The position numbers were made by a program, and so were the translations under genes. Shown piece after piece: positions 26,492 through 39,970 of a stretch of DNA of 64,000 nucleotides. The notes beneath the pieces were generated by a model that did not search any database, had not been told where the DNA came from, and saw only the letters and a list, made by a program, of their open reading frames with translations. Origin of the DNA: Octopus sinensis (taxonomy: Eukaryota); the NCBI RefSeq assembly GCF_006345805.1, contig NC_043002.1, forward strand, positions 24,304,001 to 24,368,000, in the 5' to 3' direction. Within the stretch, counting starts at the first letter, position 1, and each line of letters starts with the position of its first letter.

Positions 26492-28385
26492 TAAAATACA
26501 GTTATTGTCTCACCACCGTAGATTTAGTTTTTGTATTGGCTATGGTACCAACCAGGCTTGAGATCATATGCCTATATTATCAAAAATGTTCTTACTTCCT
26601 TAAGTTAGTAGAATATGTTTTGAGGGAGATTTGTCTGCTATTTCTAGCAGATGAAGTGACCTTAAAGATGCTTCCACATTGAGTTCATCAGATCATCAAA
26701 TCTTTGTCATGGTGGTCAATGTTTGCTGGAAGAACATTGTATATGTTTCATTTAAAAGTGTGATTATTGACATCTTTTGACAAAACATAGTGATATTTAT
26801 TTGGTGTTATTGAATGCTGGGTTAGCCCTGATCCAGCAGATCTATGACCAGAGGAACTCTAGTCTTGACATCCCATCTTTTCCCAGATAATACATCCACA
26901 ATCACATTATCAAAAGTGTTGTTCTTTTCCAAGACACATTATCCAAAGTGTCATTTTTCTTTTCAAGACAATGAGTGATTTAGCTGCCATTTTTAGCATT
27001 ACACAGAAGCACCCTCATTGGCTTGTTTCTCTGTAAAAGTTATTTTTAACTTTTCTGATTATTTTATAAATTTATAGTGGCTGCCGTTGGTTGTTCAAGT
27101 GTGTGTTATTAAATGGAAAAACAGTTAGTATGAATCACCATAAGACATTTTTGTGTGTAAATATATTGTTTATTCTGTGCTCACCTTTTGTGGTGGAAGT
27201 ATATAGTATGATACAAAAGCATGTGTGTTTACATACAAAGTAAGTTTTGATCTTTGCTTTTGCACTGAAAGAAATAACATATAATATTTGTATTACAGTG
27301 TGTATGCATGTGTGTAATGAGAACAGTCATTTTGAGAATATATTTTGTGTTGAGGTGAATAGACATGTGAGTTGCACATGGGAGATTGCATGTGGAGCTG
27401 CAGAGAAGACATGTGTCTTTGACCAAAGCCTGGTAGGAACTGTGACCGTTTCTACAGTTTCACTCAGAATGAGGCTAGTGTCTCAGAATGAGGCTACTGT
27501 ATCAAAGCAAGGCTAGACACCTCATTGATATATTTGTCTGCTGTGCAGGTCAACTCATATATTATTATGCCTAGGTTACATAGCTCTTAACATCAGTGTA
27601 CTTCATCTGATATTGGAAGTCTGCTTCAATTCTAGTTGGTAACTTCTGTTTATAAGCTATTAAACACAACAGTTGTTAATCACTCAAAACCTACATTTCA
27701 GTTTTATATATCTGTGGCTTCTTTTTAATTGTTTTACATCTGTTTGCCATGTTGAATTGTATGAGATGGTTTATTGGTTGGATAAATGGTGGTTTTTATT
27801 GCTTGATGATGCCCTTCCTACTGTTAACCACTCAAGTGTAGAATAGGAGTGGAGCATAGTTGGGTGCCTTGCTCAGGAGCTCACAATGTCAGTAATAAGA
27901 TCTTAGGATCATCATTGTTGTCATTGTTTAATGTTCGCCTTCCATGCTAGCATGGATTGGGTGGTTTGACTGAGAACTGGTATGCTGGGCGACTGCACCA
28001 GGCTCCAATCTGATTTGGCAAGGTTTCTACTGCTGGATGCCCTTCCTAATGCCAACCACTCCGAGAGTGTAGTGGGTGCTTTTTACATGTGGTTATTAAT
28101 AGTGAAGCACCTTCACCTTACAACCCATGTCCTTCTGAGTCCTTATTAATTAATCAGATTTCTTTCTGCTCTTTATGAAAGTTTATTTAGATATTGTTTT
28201 TTCCCTCTGATTTATTGTACCTATAATTGAAAATCATTAATTAACAGGCTCCTTATAGTTTTATACATAAACTGTATCAGCAATAAAATTATTAACCAAA
28301 GAAAACCTCAGTTATAGTATCATACTACCGTTCACTGTTTTTATTAATTAAGCATGCTAATGTATTTTCCTGGATTTTATTACAG

Positions 28386-28519
28386 TTTTATACAACCACT
28401 GGTTTGCCGACAAAGACGTTGGAACAGAACATGTGTGCAGTGTGTGGTAATGACATTCTTGTTATGAACAATGAGAATGCAATCATAGAAAAAACCTGCA
28501 AATTAACATGTAATCATAT
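28386..28519 (+). CDS. RNF121: RNF121 coding exon 6 (FYTTTGLPTK...CAVCG...LTCNH), first half of the RING-H2 domain
   Basis: TTACAG acceptor; ends at U12 donor GTATCCTTT (28520); 134 nt, phase 0 to 2. Confidence 0.95.
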
Positions 28520-28815
28520 GTATCCTTTATTTCGTGTCTGGCATCAATTTATCCTAACCTGCTTTTGTCCTGTCCTCATCCCCACACACAGATACAACAC
28601 CTTCAATATCTGGAACCTAATATAAATATAATTACAATTGTTTGTATGCTGTTGTTATGTATTAGATTATTATTATTATTTGCTTATGTGTGGTGGTGTG
28701 AAGAACAGGGTATTTGCACTGTTTTTACATCTTTCTTCTGAGTTCAAATCACATCACAGTTGACTTTACCATTCATCTTTCTAGGCTTAATAAAATAAGT
28801 CAAGTACTAGTATCA

Positions 28816-29258
28816 CTATACATTATTTACATTTGACAGATATTTGTCCTCATCTTGTTTGTTGTTAACATAATGTTTTGGCTGATATACCCTCCAGCCT
28901 TCATCAGGTGTGTTGGAGAAATTTTGAACCTGGGTTCTCATTCCTAAGGTATTTTTTGATGTTATTATTATCATTATTATTATTATTATTATTATTATTA
29001 AGGTCACTGCCTGGAATTGAACTTGGAATTTTGGGGTTAGTACGCCATATGGCCACAAGCATATGGCGTAGTGGTTAAGAGCGCAGGCTACTAACCTTAA
29101 TAATGAGAACCCAGGTTCAAAATTTCCCCAAGACACCTGATGAAGGCTGGAGGGTATATATCAGCTGAAACGTTGTGTTAACAACAAACAAGATGAGGAC
29201 AAATATCTGTCAAATGTAAATAATGTACATAATTCTTCATCTCTTAAATATAGAACTG
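28816..29258. mobile_element. Fold-back element: head-to-head tRNA-derived heads plus Penelope-like terminal repeats carrying hammerhead motifs
   Basis: Inverted arms 28819-28942 and 29102-29227; central tRNA-like A/B-box sequences in both orientations; flanking direct repeat TAGTATCA (28808-28815, 29259-29266) inside an older SINE. Confidence 0.75.
29132..29179 (+). ncRNA. Minimal hammerhead ribozyme-like motif, sense to RNF121
   Basis: GACAC-CTGATGA-A-GGCTG-loop-CAGCT-GAAAC-GTT-GTGTT; stems I and II pair, stem III is the palindrome AACGTT. Confidence 0.7.
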
Positions 29259-29294
29259 TAGTATCAATATAATCAACTATATCTTCTCATTAAC

Positions 29295-29650
29295 ATGTTT
29301 ACAAAGTCAGAAAATAGCACAGCTCCCATGACTTTCAGAAACATTTTTTCATGCTAAGAGTTGCTGAAGCATGGAACAAACTGCCGGCATCAGTTGTTAG
29401 TTGTCGGAGCACTGCATCCTTCAAAACTTCCATGCTTCCTGAGATTCGCCAACACTACACTTGATTTTCTCCCCTCCATACACACACAAGCATGTTCACT
29501 TTCCAGACATTTCTACAAGCATGTATCTGACTCATACACTGTTCACTTCCCAGGCGTTTTTACATTAAGGCATATGCTTTATACGCACTTTTGACAAGTT
29601 GTGGTGCACCTGAGAACTGTATACAATAATTTCATTATTATTATTATTAA
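29295..29650 (+). mobile_element. CR1-type LINE 3' end with (ATT)n tail
   Basis: Translates to FQKHFFMLRVAEAWNKLPASVVSCRSTASFK, a typical CR1 ORF2 terminus, then UTR and ATTATTATT. Confidence 0.82.
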
Positions 29651-31719
29651 ATTTGTTGCCGTGTGTGTATGAGTGAAAGAAATTATTACTGTGATTGTTG
29701 TTGTTATTCAATAACATTAAATATGAAAGCTATATGAATATGGAGGCTGTAGAGAATGAATAATTTTAACCTTAAGACATGATAGTCTCTCAAGTACTGA
29801 TACCATATGCACCTAGTAGACTCTGTAAAATGGTTGAGTATAGGAAGGGCACTCAGTTGCATAAAACAAACCAAAAATGGAATGTACTCGTGAGGTGTGG
29901 TTCCTGATCTGTTCAGAAGGGCAGTAAATCCAAATAAGAATTGACTCAGTCTATGACAGCCCATACAACCGATGCCAACATGGAAAAGTGGATGTAAATT
30001 GATAATGATGATAAATGATGGGTGGAGCATAGATGATTCTAGAACTGATGGGTAGAGAAGACATCAGTTGATATTTGCAAGGGAAAAGGCAGCAAGATGA
30101 CAGAATTGTTAGCATGCTGGGCGAAATGCTTAGCAGTATTTCTCCCGTCGCTATGTTCTGAGTTCAAATTCTGCCATGGTCAACTTTGTCTTTCATCCTT
30201 TCAGGGTCAATAAATTAAGTACCAGTTGTGTAGTGGGGTAGATCTAATCGACTGGCCCCCTCCCCCAAAATTTCAGGCCTTATGCCTAGAGTAGAAAAGG
30301 ATAAATTAAGTACCAGTTGAGTACTAGGGTCGATGTGATCAACTGTCTACCTCCCCACAAAATCCAGGCCATGTGCCCATAGTTGAAAAGAAAGGATATT
30401 TTCAAGGGAAATAACTGTTGTGTAGACCTGGTAGATATGTGATGTAGTGATATGGTAAGTGTTAGGTGAAAAAGTGCTCTGAATTGTAATTGGTTGTCTA
30501 CTTGTGTAAGAGTTGCGGTTGAGAAAGACCTGGTTGAAGTCATTAGTAGAGTCAGATTTTGAGATGATCAAGGACTGAAACAGGTTTTAATATATTGTAT
30601 TACTGACTTATCCAACCCAGTTTGGAAATGTAGATGTTAAAATGTTGATGGTGAGACAGAGATTCACTTTCTTGCTGAGATATTTCTAGACTGTTGAGCC
30701 AGAGGTCTCTGGTTCAAACCTATTTACTCTCATGGTTGTTTCAGCATATCAGAGTATCTTTGCTCCAACATCTGCTGCTATTCTTGACTTAAAAGATCTG
30801 TGCTATGTACTACCTCGTCATCTAGCACTGAAGGTAAAGTACAATCAAAACTATAGCACATTAACCATATCTTTGTTTTACTCCTCACCACTCTGTGACA
30901 CTAGCTGAGCTTTGGTCCTTGGTGGTTAAACTGGACAGAAAAGAGACACAACAGATTTTTACTGTTCGATAGAGAAAACACTGACGTTGTGGAGTGAGTC
31001 CCATATTTCAAGATAAAATAACTAAAGTTTAAGACATAGAAGTTATGGTACCTATTATACTGCTTGATATACTAATGTGGTAAGTAGAGTGCCTTGTCTA
31101 AGAAGACACAACACAGTGGTTGTAGCAAGGTTGGAACCTGTATTCCACTGTCTTATTTTTTTTTCTCATAATTTATACCTGGTACTGGAACTATCTTTAA
31201 TCAGAAAAGGCTAGTTATCTTGAAGTAAAGGTGGTCAGTGTCTTGGAAAGCCCCTATCCTTCATAAGTGGCAATTTCTACTCCACTGTTGATATCACCAT
31301 CATTTATGTTGGTTTTACAATGCTGGCATGGGTTGGAGAGTTTGACAAGTGAGAGAACCATATCTTGTTCGAATGTCTCAGTTTTGGTGTGGTTTTAACA
31401 GCTGAATATCCTTCCTAAAATCAACCACTTTACTGTGTGTACTGGGTGCATTTTTTATTATTTTTGGTGGTACCAGTGCTAGAGAAGTTATGTTCTCTTG
31501 ACTCTGCATTGTCCTTCAATTTGCCAATTAACCAATATGTATTGTGATTTATGTTCTAATGTTTGTTTTTTTTTTCTTCCATTCTACTTTTCTCCCAATT
31601 GTTTTATATATGTTTACACTGACATGTTTTGTAATCTTTTTGCATAATATATTTTGTATTTCATGTGATGGTTCTTTGTGGCCAATGAAAACAAAAACAA
31701 ATCTTTATTGAAAGAATGA

Positions 31720-32061
<342 letters not shown>

Positions 32062-32277
32062 TGAGGATTATTGTTGTTGTTGGCTGTGGAATGATAGAAC
32101 TGATAGAAAGGACAAAATATTTGATGGCATTTCAACCCATTCCTTTACAACCTGAATTTAAATCCTGCTAAGGTCGACCTTGCCTTCTGGAGTCGATAAA
32201 ATATAGCACCTGTCTTGTACTAGGTCAATTCAATCAATGAACTCAAATTTTTGCTTTTGTGCCTCTGAGCTGGCCTA

Positions 32278-32945
32278 AGATGGCAAGCTGGCAGAACTGT
32301 TAGCATGCTTGGTGAAATGCTTAGCAGTATTTCACCTGTTGTTACATTCTGAGTTCAAATTCCAACAATGTCAATTATTGTTAGTGCACTGGATGAAATG
32401 CTTAGTGGTATTTTGCCCGTTGCTCTGTTGCGAGTTCAAATTCCACCATAGTCGACATTGCCTTTCATCCTTTTGGGGGCAATAAATTAAGTATCAGTGA
32501 AACACTGGGGTTGATGTAATTGACTAGTCCCCTCCCCATCAAATTTCAGGCCTTGTGTCTTTAGTAGAAAGGATTATTATTATTATTATCATTATGGCGG
32601 TGAGCTGGCAGAATCATTAGCATACCAGATGAAGTGCTTAGCAGTATTTTGTCCCTCTTTATGTTCTGAGTTCAAATTCCACAGAAGTCAACTTTGCCTT
32701 TCATCCTTTCAGGGTTGATAAATTAAGTACTAGTTGAATACTGGGGTCGATGTAATTGACACATCCTCTCCCTCAAAATGGCTGCCCTTGTGGCAAAATT
32801 TGAAACCATTATTATGGTAGCAAGCTGGCAGAATTGTTAGCATGCCAGGTGAAATGCTTTGTGGCATTTTGCCTGTTGCTACATTTTGAGTTCAAATTCC
32901 ACAATGGTCAATTTTGCCTTTCATACTTTCGGGGTCAATACAACA
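32278..32945 (+). mobile_element. Head-to-tail cluster of about four tRNA-derived SINE units; similar clusters at 30095-30410(+), 35590-36240(+), 48710-49320(-)
   Basis: Repeated GCTGGCAGAA...GAGTTCAAATTCC...CCTTTCATCCTTT blocks, mostly separated by (ATT)n. Confidence 0.85.
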
Positions 32946-34360
32946 AGTAGCCGCTGTGGGATCTTTACCTTTTGACTGGCAGATTTAGAAAATAATTTTT
33001 TGTAACTAAACACTTTCAAACTTTGTGTACTGGTAGAATGTGTCATATAAACATCTTGTACTCTTAGCGTTTGTGAAGTATACATTTTTGTTCATATTTA
33101 ATTACAGTAGCAGAATATTGCAGTAAAAGAGATAATGAGTACTGGGAATACCTTGAAGAGAAGTTGGTTGGGTGAGAATCTAGTTGTGTATAAATATATA
33201 TATATATATATATATAAACAAACACTCATCTCATTGGACTTCCAGAATCTGTTTTACCAAAGTAGGTGGGTCTTCCTTAGAACTGTATACTGCCCATCAT
33301 CCTGATCCCTTGTTACAAGGTCCTGAAACCAGCCTTCATTTTTGACTAGATGCTCTATTTTTGCTGGATGGTTTATTCAGCTAGTGGTTGAACAAACCAC
33401 CAAGCAAAATTTTAACTCTCAGAATTGAATTTTAATTTCCTGAGTGATATAATTGATTTAAAATTGGGCTTAGGAACTGGTTATAAGTATGTAAGCACAG
33501 GTGTGACTGTGTGTATAAGATGCTAGCTTCTCAATAATATGGTCAGTCCCACTGTGTGGCACTTCAGCCAAGTTTTTTCTACTATATCTCTGGCTAACCA
33601 AAGCCCAGTGAATAGATTTTATTGATAGAAATTGAAAGACGGCCATCATATGCATCCCTCCCTCCCTCCCCACCATGGGTTGACAACTAGGGTTGGCTGG
33701 CGTTGGTTTGACTAAAACGTTCAAGATGTTGCTCCAGCATGACCACAGTCCAATGAGTGAAACAAGTAAAAGTTATACAGGATACACAAGCAACAACACC
33801 AAGTAGTGACAGTAGGAATCATTAACATCAAACAAATCTCTACACATCTATTGGTACTGCCAGGATTCTGATCAAGGGAGTCTCAATAATTGAAATGAAA
33901 TCTGCCATTAGCTCTCTGTTTTGTGAAAAACAGAATATTAAAATGAATGTTAGATAATGATTTTATTTGAATAGAATTCCTGTGTAGATATCTGGACACA
34001 CTGAACTCTCCTGGTTACAGGAATATACAAAGAAAAATCATTTTAGCCTTTTAACAATTCAAAAACTGTCACAGTCACTATTTATTTCACCACATATCTG
34101 TATCTCGGATATACTACAGGAAAGGTTTAAACTTTTTTGATACTACAAAGTAGAAAGTACATATTAAGAAATTAAAAGAAAAGGTTTATGTAACAGTTCC
34201 CATGTATCCTTAAATGGTTAAAATGACTCTTTATGGTCTAATTTTCAACATAGATCTCAGATAAAATCACTTACCAAACAAGCATGACTTATAATACACA
34301 CACACACGTTTATGTGTATACACACACACACACGTGTGTGTGTGTATGTATATATACCTC

Positions 34361-34745
34361 TCTATATATAAAGCTGAAGTTGTCTGTGTATGGCAGGTTT
34401 GGTAGCCTTCAACTAACACTATCTCCTCCGAGACCCTGCGGCGCAAGTTGACCAAAACTGAAAGTATGATAGAAGGCTTGCTCTTTCTTCCATAGAAGAA
34501 AAAATTTAAATCGGACCATGTTAACACTAAAAATTATTTATATCAAAAAGGTACTTTTTTTATATGAAAATCCCTATTTTTTACGATTTTTTTACTGCTG
34601 TATCGCCATTTTTCAGTGTATTTCAACCAGAAAAATGTTCACTTAAAGAGAATAACAAGCTACATAATGCAAATTTTTTACTTTTCAAAAATTCCAATTC
34701 TAAAGGGTCGAAACAAACCTGAGCAACACCGAGCAATACTGCTAG
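34361..34745 (+). mobile_element. Non-autonomous Helitron
   Basis: 5' TCTATATATA start, 3' CTAG (34742-34745) followed by T, degenerate subterminal GC hairpin, no TSD. Confidence 0.6.
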
Positions 34746-34815
34746 TATATATATAAAGTTTTATGTAATACAACCATATATATGTTACATTTATCCTTGA
34801 CACATGTCTGTTCAG

Positions 34816-34936
34816 CTGGGAAAAGCCTCACATTCTGTTTGGCAGTCTCCTCGATTGGATTCGTTACATGATTGTGTGGCAACCTGTTATCATTGTTGTT
34901 GTTCAGGGTATCAACTGGGTGATGGGCTTGGAATAA
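34816..34936 (+). CDS. RNF121: RNF121 last coding exon (WEKPHILFGSLLDWIRYMIVWQPVIIVVVQGINWVMGLE*)
   Basis: Matches the family C-terminus (WERPH..LLDWLRY..WQPVII..QGIN..LGLE); stop TAA at 34934-34936. Joined CDS is 966 nt with an open frame. Confidence 0.96.
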
Positions 34937-36446
34937 AACTACCCTTACTCACATTACACTCTTCTCTACGTCTGTTTGCTGTCAGTCCAACAGCTGACCT
35001 CTTATGCTCTCGCTCTCCTTTCACTTCATATACCTACTCTCCTCCTTTCAACACATACTCTTTCTTTCTATCATGTACACAATTGTATCTCCCTGTCTTT
35101 CTCATGTATGAGACCTCCTTTTTACTCTAACCAAATCATCATCATCATTCTTCCCCTTCTCTCTCTATCTATCTATCTCTCAGAGGAACTATGTATGTGT
35201 TCAGCTATACAGCCTGCTGTTACATGTTGGGTAATCTCCAATGGCAGAACCAACACTAACAGCAAGAATGAACAAGAATGCTATTAGCATTGTGAGTACC
35301 ACCATGATAACCTGTGTTATGACATTAAATACAACAACCGCCATCACTACCAAGTAACTACAATTACTAAAACTCATACTCCAATCACCACCACTACCAA
35401 GACGATGATTACTACTGCTACTACTACTACTACCACCACTACTAATAAGATAACTACTACAACAGCCACAACTACCAGTATGAACCTAACATTGGTTAAC
35501 CATTGCTTTGCCCATCCAGCACCACCAGTACAACTTCAAATTTACTGCTCTTTCGTTAAAGAAACTTATCACCCTCATCATCATCATTAAGGCAGCAACC
35601 TGGCAGAATCGTTAGCATACACCAGACAAAATATTTAATGGCATTTTCTTCTGGCTTTATAGTCCGAGTTCAAATTCTGCTAGGGTCGACTTTGCTTTTC
35701 ATCCTTTCAGGGCCGATAAAATAAGTATCAGTTGATCACTGGGGGCGATATAATCAGCTAGCACCATTTCCCACAAAATTTCAGGCCTTGTGCCTATAGA
35801 AGACAGGATTATTGTTGCCAGTACCGCCTGACTGGCCCTCATGCCGGTGGCATGTAAAAGCACCCACTACACTCTCAGAGTGGTTGGCGTTAGGAAGGGC
35901 ATCCAGCTGTAGAAACTCTGCCAGATCAGATTGGAACCTGGTGCAGCCAGTCCTCAGTCAAATCGTCCAACCCATGCTAGCATGGAAAGCAGACATTAAA
36001 CGATGATGATGATGATGATGATGGTGAGCTGGCAGAATCGTATCCATGCTGGGCAAAATGCTTAGTAGCATTTCTTCTAGTGCTTTATGTTCTGAGTTCA
36101 AATTCTGCTGAGGTCAACTTTACTTTTCATCCTTTCAGGGTCGATAAAATAAGAATCTGTTGATCACTGAAGTCAATGTAATTGACCAACCCATTCCTCT
36201 CAAAATTGCTGGTTTTGAGACAAAATTAGATTGATTATTACTAATTTTATAGTTATTTTATATTCAATCTATTTTTTTTTAATAAACCATTGTCATTTGA
36301 CCTGACTTCTGCTGACTCTCAATTGTGGGGTAATGGTTGAAATGTTCTTATACCATGCCTACCTCTTCACCTTTGCCCACCATACTAATATTATATAGAG
36401 CTGCCATGTCTATATATATATGTATATATATATATATGTGTGTGTG

Positions 36447-36492
<46 letters not shown>

Positions 36493-37392
36493 TATATATA
36501 TATGTCCAATCCATACCAGCATGGACATTAAATGATGAAGAATATGCATGTAGACACATGCACATTTTAATGTATGTATGTGTATACATATTTGTGTATA
36601 TATGTGTGCTGCTTCTTGGTACCACTAGAGGGAGTGATACTGTTGGAAGCTGCCATAAATGTTATGATCTCCACTCAGCTACTGGTGAAAGGAGTGAGTG
36701 TCCTGCAGTGCTAGGCTGTATATAAAATTGTACACACACACCCACATACACAATAGATATGCATGGCTTAGGGCTGTTGTTACGATGGACAGCATACAGT
36801 AGGTCTTGGGCATTTTAAGTCTGGAAGAACTCATTGCTCTCCACTTCTGAACTCAGCTGATCTCTTCCAGAGAGATGGAGAGAGAGAGAAGATCCGAGCC
36901 CAACACTGGGCAGGTATTTAATTTATTGAGTCTGGAAGGTTTTGAATTCAGAGTGCAGAAAGCTGGGATGAATATCACAAGACATCTATCCAATGCTCTA
37001 ACTACTCTGCCAACTCATCACCCATGTGTGTGTAGAATATGAATATGAACAAAGATGGTCAATATGTATACTAGAGTTTACTCAAAGCTAAAGTTTGCTG
37101 CTTCACTTTTCCCTATATTTGCATGTTCTCCAAGTTGTCTTGAAGATTATACAAGGGAAGATAAAAGTGTAGAGAAGCTTTAGAATTATATATATATATA
37201 TATATATATATAATGTTTATTTATTTGAAGCCGAACATTCACTCCAATGCTACTCCAAGTTTTCTGTTGTTACAGATTCAGCACAGCAACTATATATATA
37301 TATATATGTATGTATGTGTGTGCATGTGTATATATACATACATACATACAAATATGCACACACACATATAAATACATATTTATGAATTATTG

Positions 37393-37437
<45 letters not shown>

Positions 37438-38406
37438 ATATATGTGTGTGTGTGTGTGGGTTTGTGCGTGCACATGTGTATGTATATATATGTATCTATA
37501 TAGATATATATGTACATGTTTGTGTGTGTATATATACATACACACATGTACATGTATATATTTATATAAGTATATATACACAAATTTGTTCATGTTTGTG
37601 TGCGTGCATGCACACATACACACATATATATGTATAATGCTAGTGTATGTATTTTCATTTCCTAATTTTACTAGTTTTTTCCCCCATTAACACTGAAATT
37701 GCAATAAACGGAGGGGTGGGATTTGTTGTTTTTTTTAAAAATTTTATTTGAAACAAACAAAACTATTTTCAAACCGGAAGTTGTTTTTATTTTAATTTTA
37801 AAATAAATAATTTTTCTCTCCAACTTGCATGTGTGAGTATTATTGTTGCTGATATTTTTTTAGCTCTGATGACCAAAGGTTCCAGCTGTGACCATCCTGT
37901 CATTTATTATGTCCAGAAATTCCAGATAACATTGAATGTACCCCTTTTTTCTCCAACTGTAGGATGTGTTCTGAGGGACATTTAAGCAACCAGGTAAAGG
38001 CATATTCGTTGGCTTATGTGTTTGTGTACTTGTGTGTGTGTATATATATATATATATACACACACATTGTTTGTTTAGTGTCTGTTTGTGCTGGCCTAAG
38101 TTAGATGTGGTGTTATTTAAGGCAGGGTTTTATGGCCAAATACTCTTGTTGTTAACCCTTGCTTGGAAGAGCATACAATGTGTGTGTGTATATATATATA
38201 TAATCTTTTAAATTTGTTTATTGGAAACATTTTGAATATGCAAAGAAAGCTCCTGTTCTATTATGCCAGACACAGTCTAATGATAGTGATTAGTGAACCA
38301 TTTTTGTGGGGTTGCATCAAGCTGTACCAATATAATGTGGGATAAATATGATAAGAGACGTGATTTGCAGAAACATGCATAGCAATACATTAATCCGATC
38401 GTTAAT

Positions 38407-39970
38407 CTGCTCGATCTGTAGAAAAGGTGTTGGTAGAAACTCTATAAGATGTACCCAGTGTAAGCTATGGACTCATAAGAGGTGCAGCAATGTCAAAGGT
38501 AGGCTAACTGGGAAGATAGTTTTTGTATGTGGCAGATGCTCGGGGGCATTGACCTCCGAAGATCTGCAGAAAACAACTTCCGTCACTTTGCAAGGGGAAA
38601 AATTAGAAGTAGTTGATAGCTTCCGTTATCTAGGTGACCAAGTCAGTAGTGGGGGTGGGTGCGCTGAGAGTGTAACTGCTAGAATAAGAATAGCCTGGGC
38701 AAAGTTTAGGGAGCTCTTACCTCTGCTGGTGACAAAAGGCCTCTCGCTCGGAGTAAAGGGCAGACTGTATGATGCATGTGTACGAACAGCCATGCTACAT
38801 GGCAGTGAAACATGGGCCGTGACTGCTGAGGACATGCGTAAGCTCATGAGGAATGAAGCCAGTATGCTCCGATGGATGTGTAATGTCAGTGTACTTACTC
38901 GACAGAGTGTTAGTTCCTTGAGAGAAATGTTGTACCTAAGAAGCATCAGTTGTTGTGTGCAAGAGAGACGATTGCGCTGGTATGGTCATGTGGCGAGAAT
39001 GGATGAAGATAGGTGTGTGAGAAAGTGCCAATCCCTAGCAGTTGAGGGAACCCGTGGAAGATGTAGACCCAGGAAAACCTGGGACGAGGTGGTGAAGCAC
39101 GACCTTCGAACGTTAGGTCTCACCATGGAAATGACTAGAGACCGAGACCTATGGAAGTATGCTGTGCGTGAGAAGTGCAAGACTAGACCTGACTAAAACC
39201 ATAACCCATGGCCACTACCTGGGACGTAGTCAGTCCACCTGTGCATACCTTCCTGCTTGTGATACTTGTGAAGACCTGTTGAGGCAAGTGAAAGTCAAGT
39301 CAAATCGAATCAAATCAAATAGATGAACATCAATGGAAATTGTATCCTTGTGGTACCAGTGCCGGTGGCACATAAGAAAACCATCCGAACGGGACCGTAG
39401 CCAGTACCGCATCGACTGGCCCCGTAACAAACACCATCCGATCGTAGCCGTTCGCCAGCCTCGTCTGGCACCTGTGTCGGTGGCACATAAAAAATACCAT
39501 CCGAGCGTGGCTGTCTGCCAGCCTCGTCTGGCACCTAAAAAACACCATTCGAGCGTGGCCGTCTGCCAGCCTCGTCTGGCACCTGTGTCGGTGGCACATA
39601 AAATCACCCACTACACTCTTGGAGTGGTTGGCGTTAGGAAGGGCATCCAGCTGTAGAAACACTGCCAGATCTGACTGGCCTGGTGCAGCCTTCGGGCTTT
39701 CCAGACCCCAGTTGAACCGTCCAACCCATGCTAGCATGGAAAGCGGACGTTAAACGATGATGTGGCCGTCGCCAGCCTCGCCTGGCACCTGTGCAGGTGG
39801 CACGTAAAAAGCACCCACTACACTCACGGAGTGGTTGGCGTTAGGAAGGGCATCCAGCTGTAAAAACACTGCCAGATCAGACTGGAGCCTGGTGCAGCCT
39901 TCTGGCTTCCCAGACCCCGGTCGAACCGTCCAACCCATCCTAGCATGGAGAATGGACGTTAAACGATGAT
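38407..39970 (+). mobile_element. 5'-truncated RTE-clade LINE with tandemly repeated UTR units and a duplicated 3' end
   Basis: ORF to 39196 nearly identical in protein to the 14448-15320 ORF; tails end near 39761 and again near 39970. Confidence 0.93.

Noticed and set aside
29057-29100. Possible tRNA gene
   Set aside because: Only the 5' half is present in this orientation, with no T-arm or acceptor closure; it is the tRNA-derived head of a repeat.
34932-36286. RNF121 poly(A) signal (AATAAA at 34932 overlapping the stop, or at 36281)
   Set aside because: AATAAA is common in AT-rich DNA; the site cannot be chosen without 3'-end data.
37770-37782. CCGGAAGT ETS-like motif as a promoter
   Set aside because: Single motif between two convergent 3' ends with no CpG-rich context or adjacent first exon.
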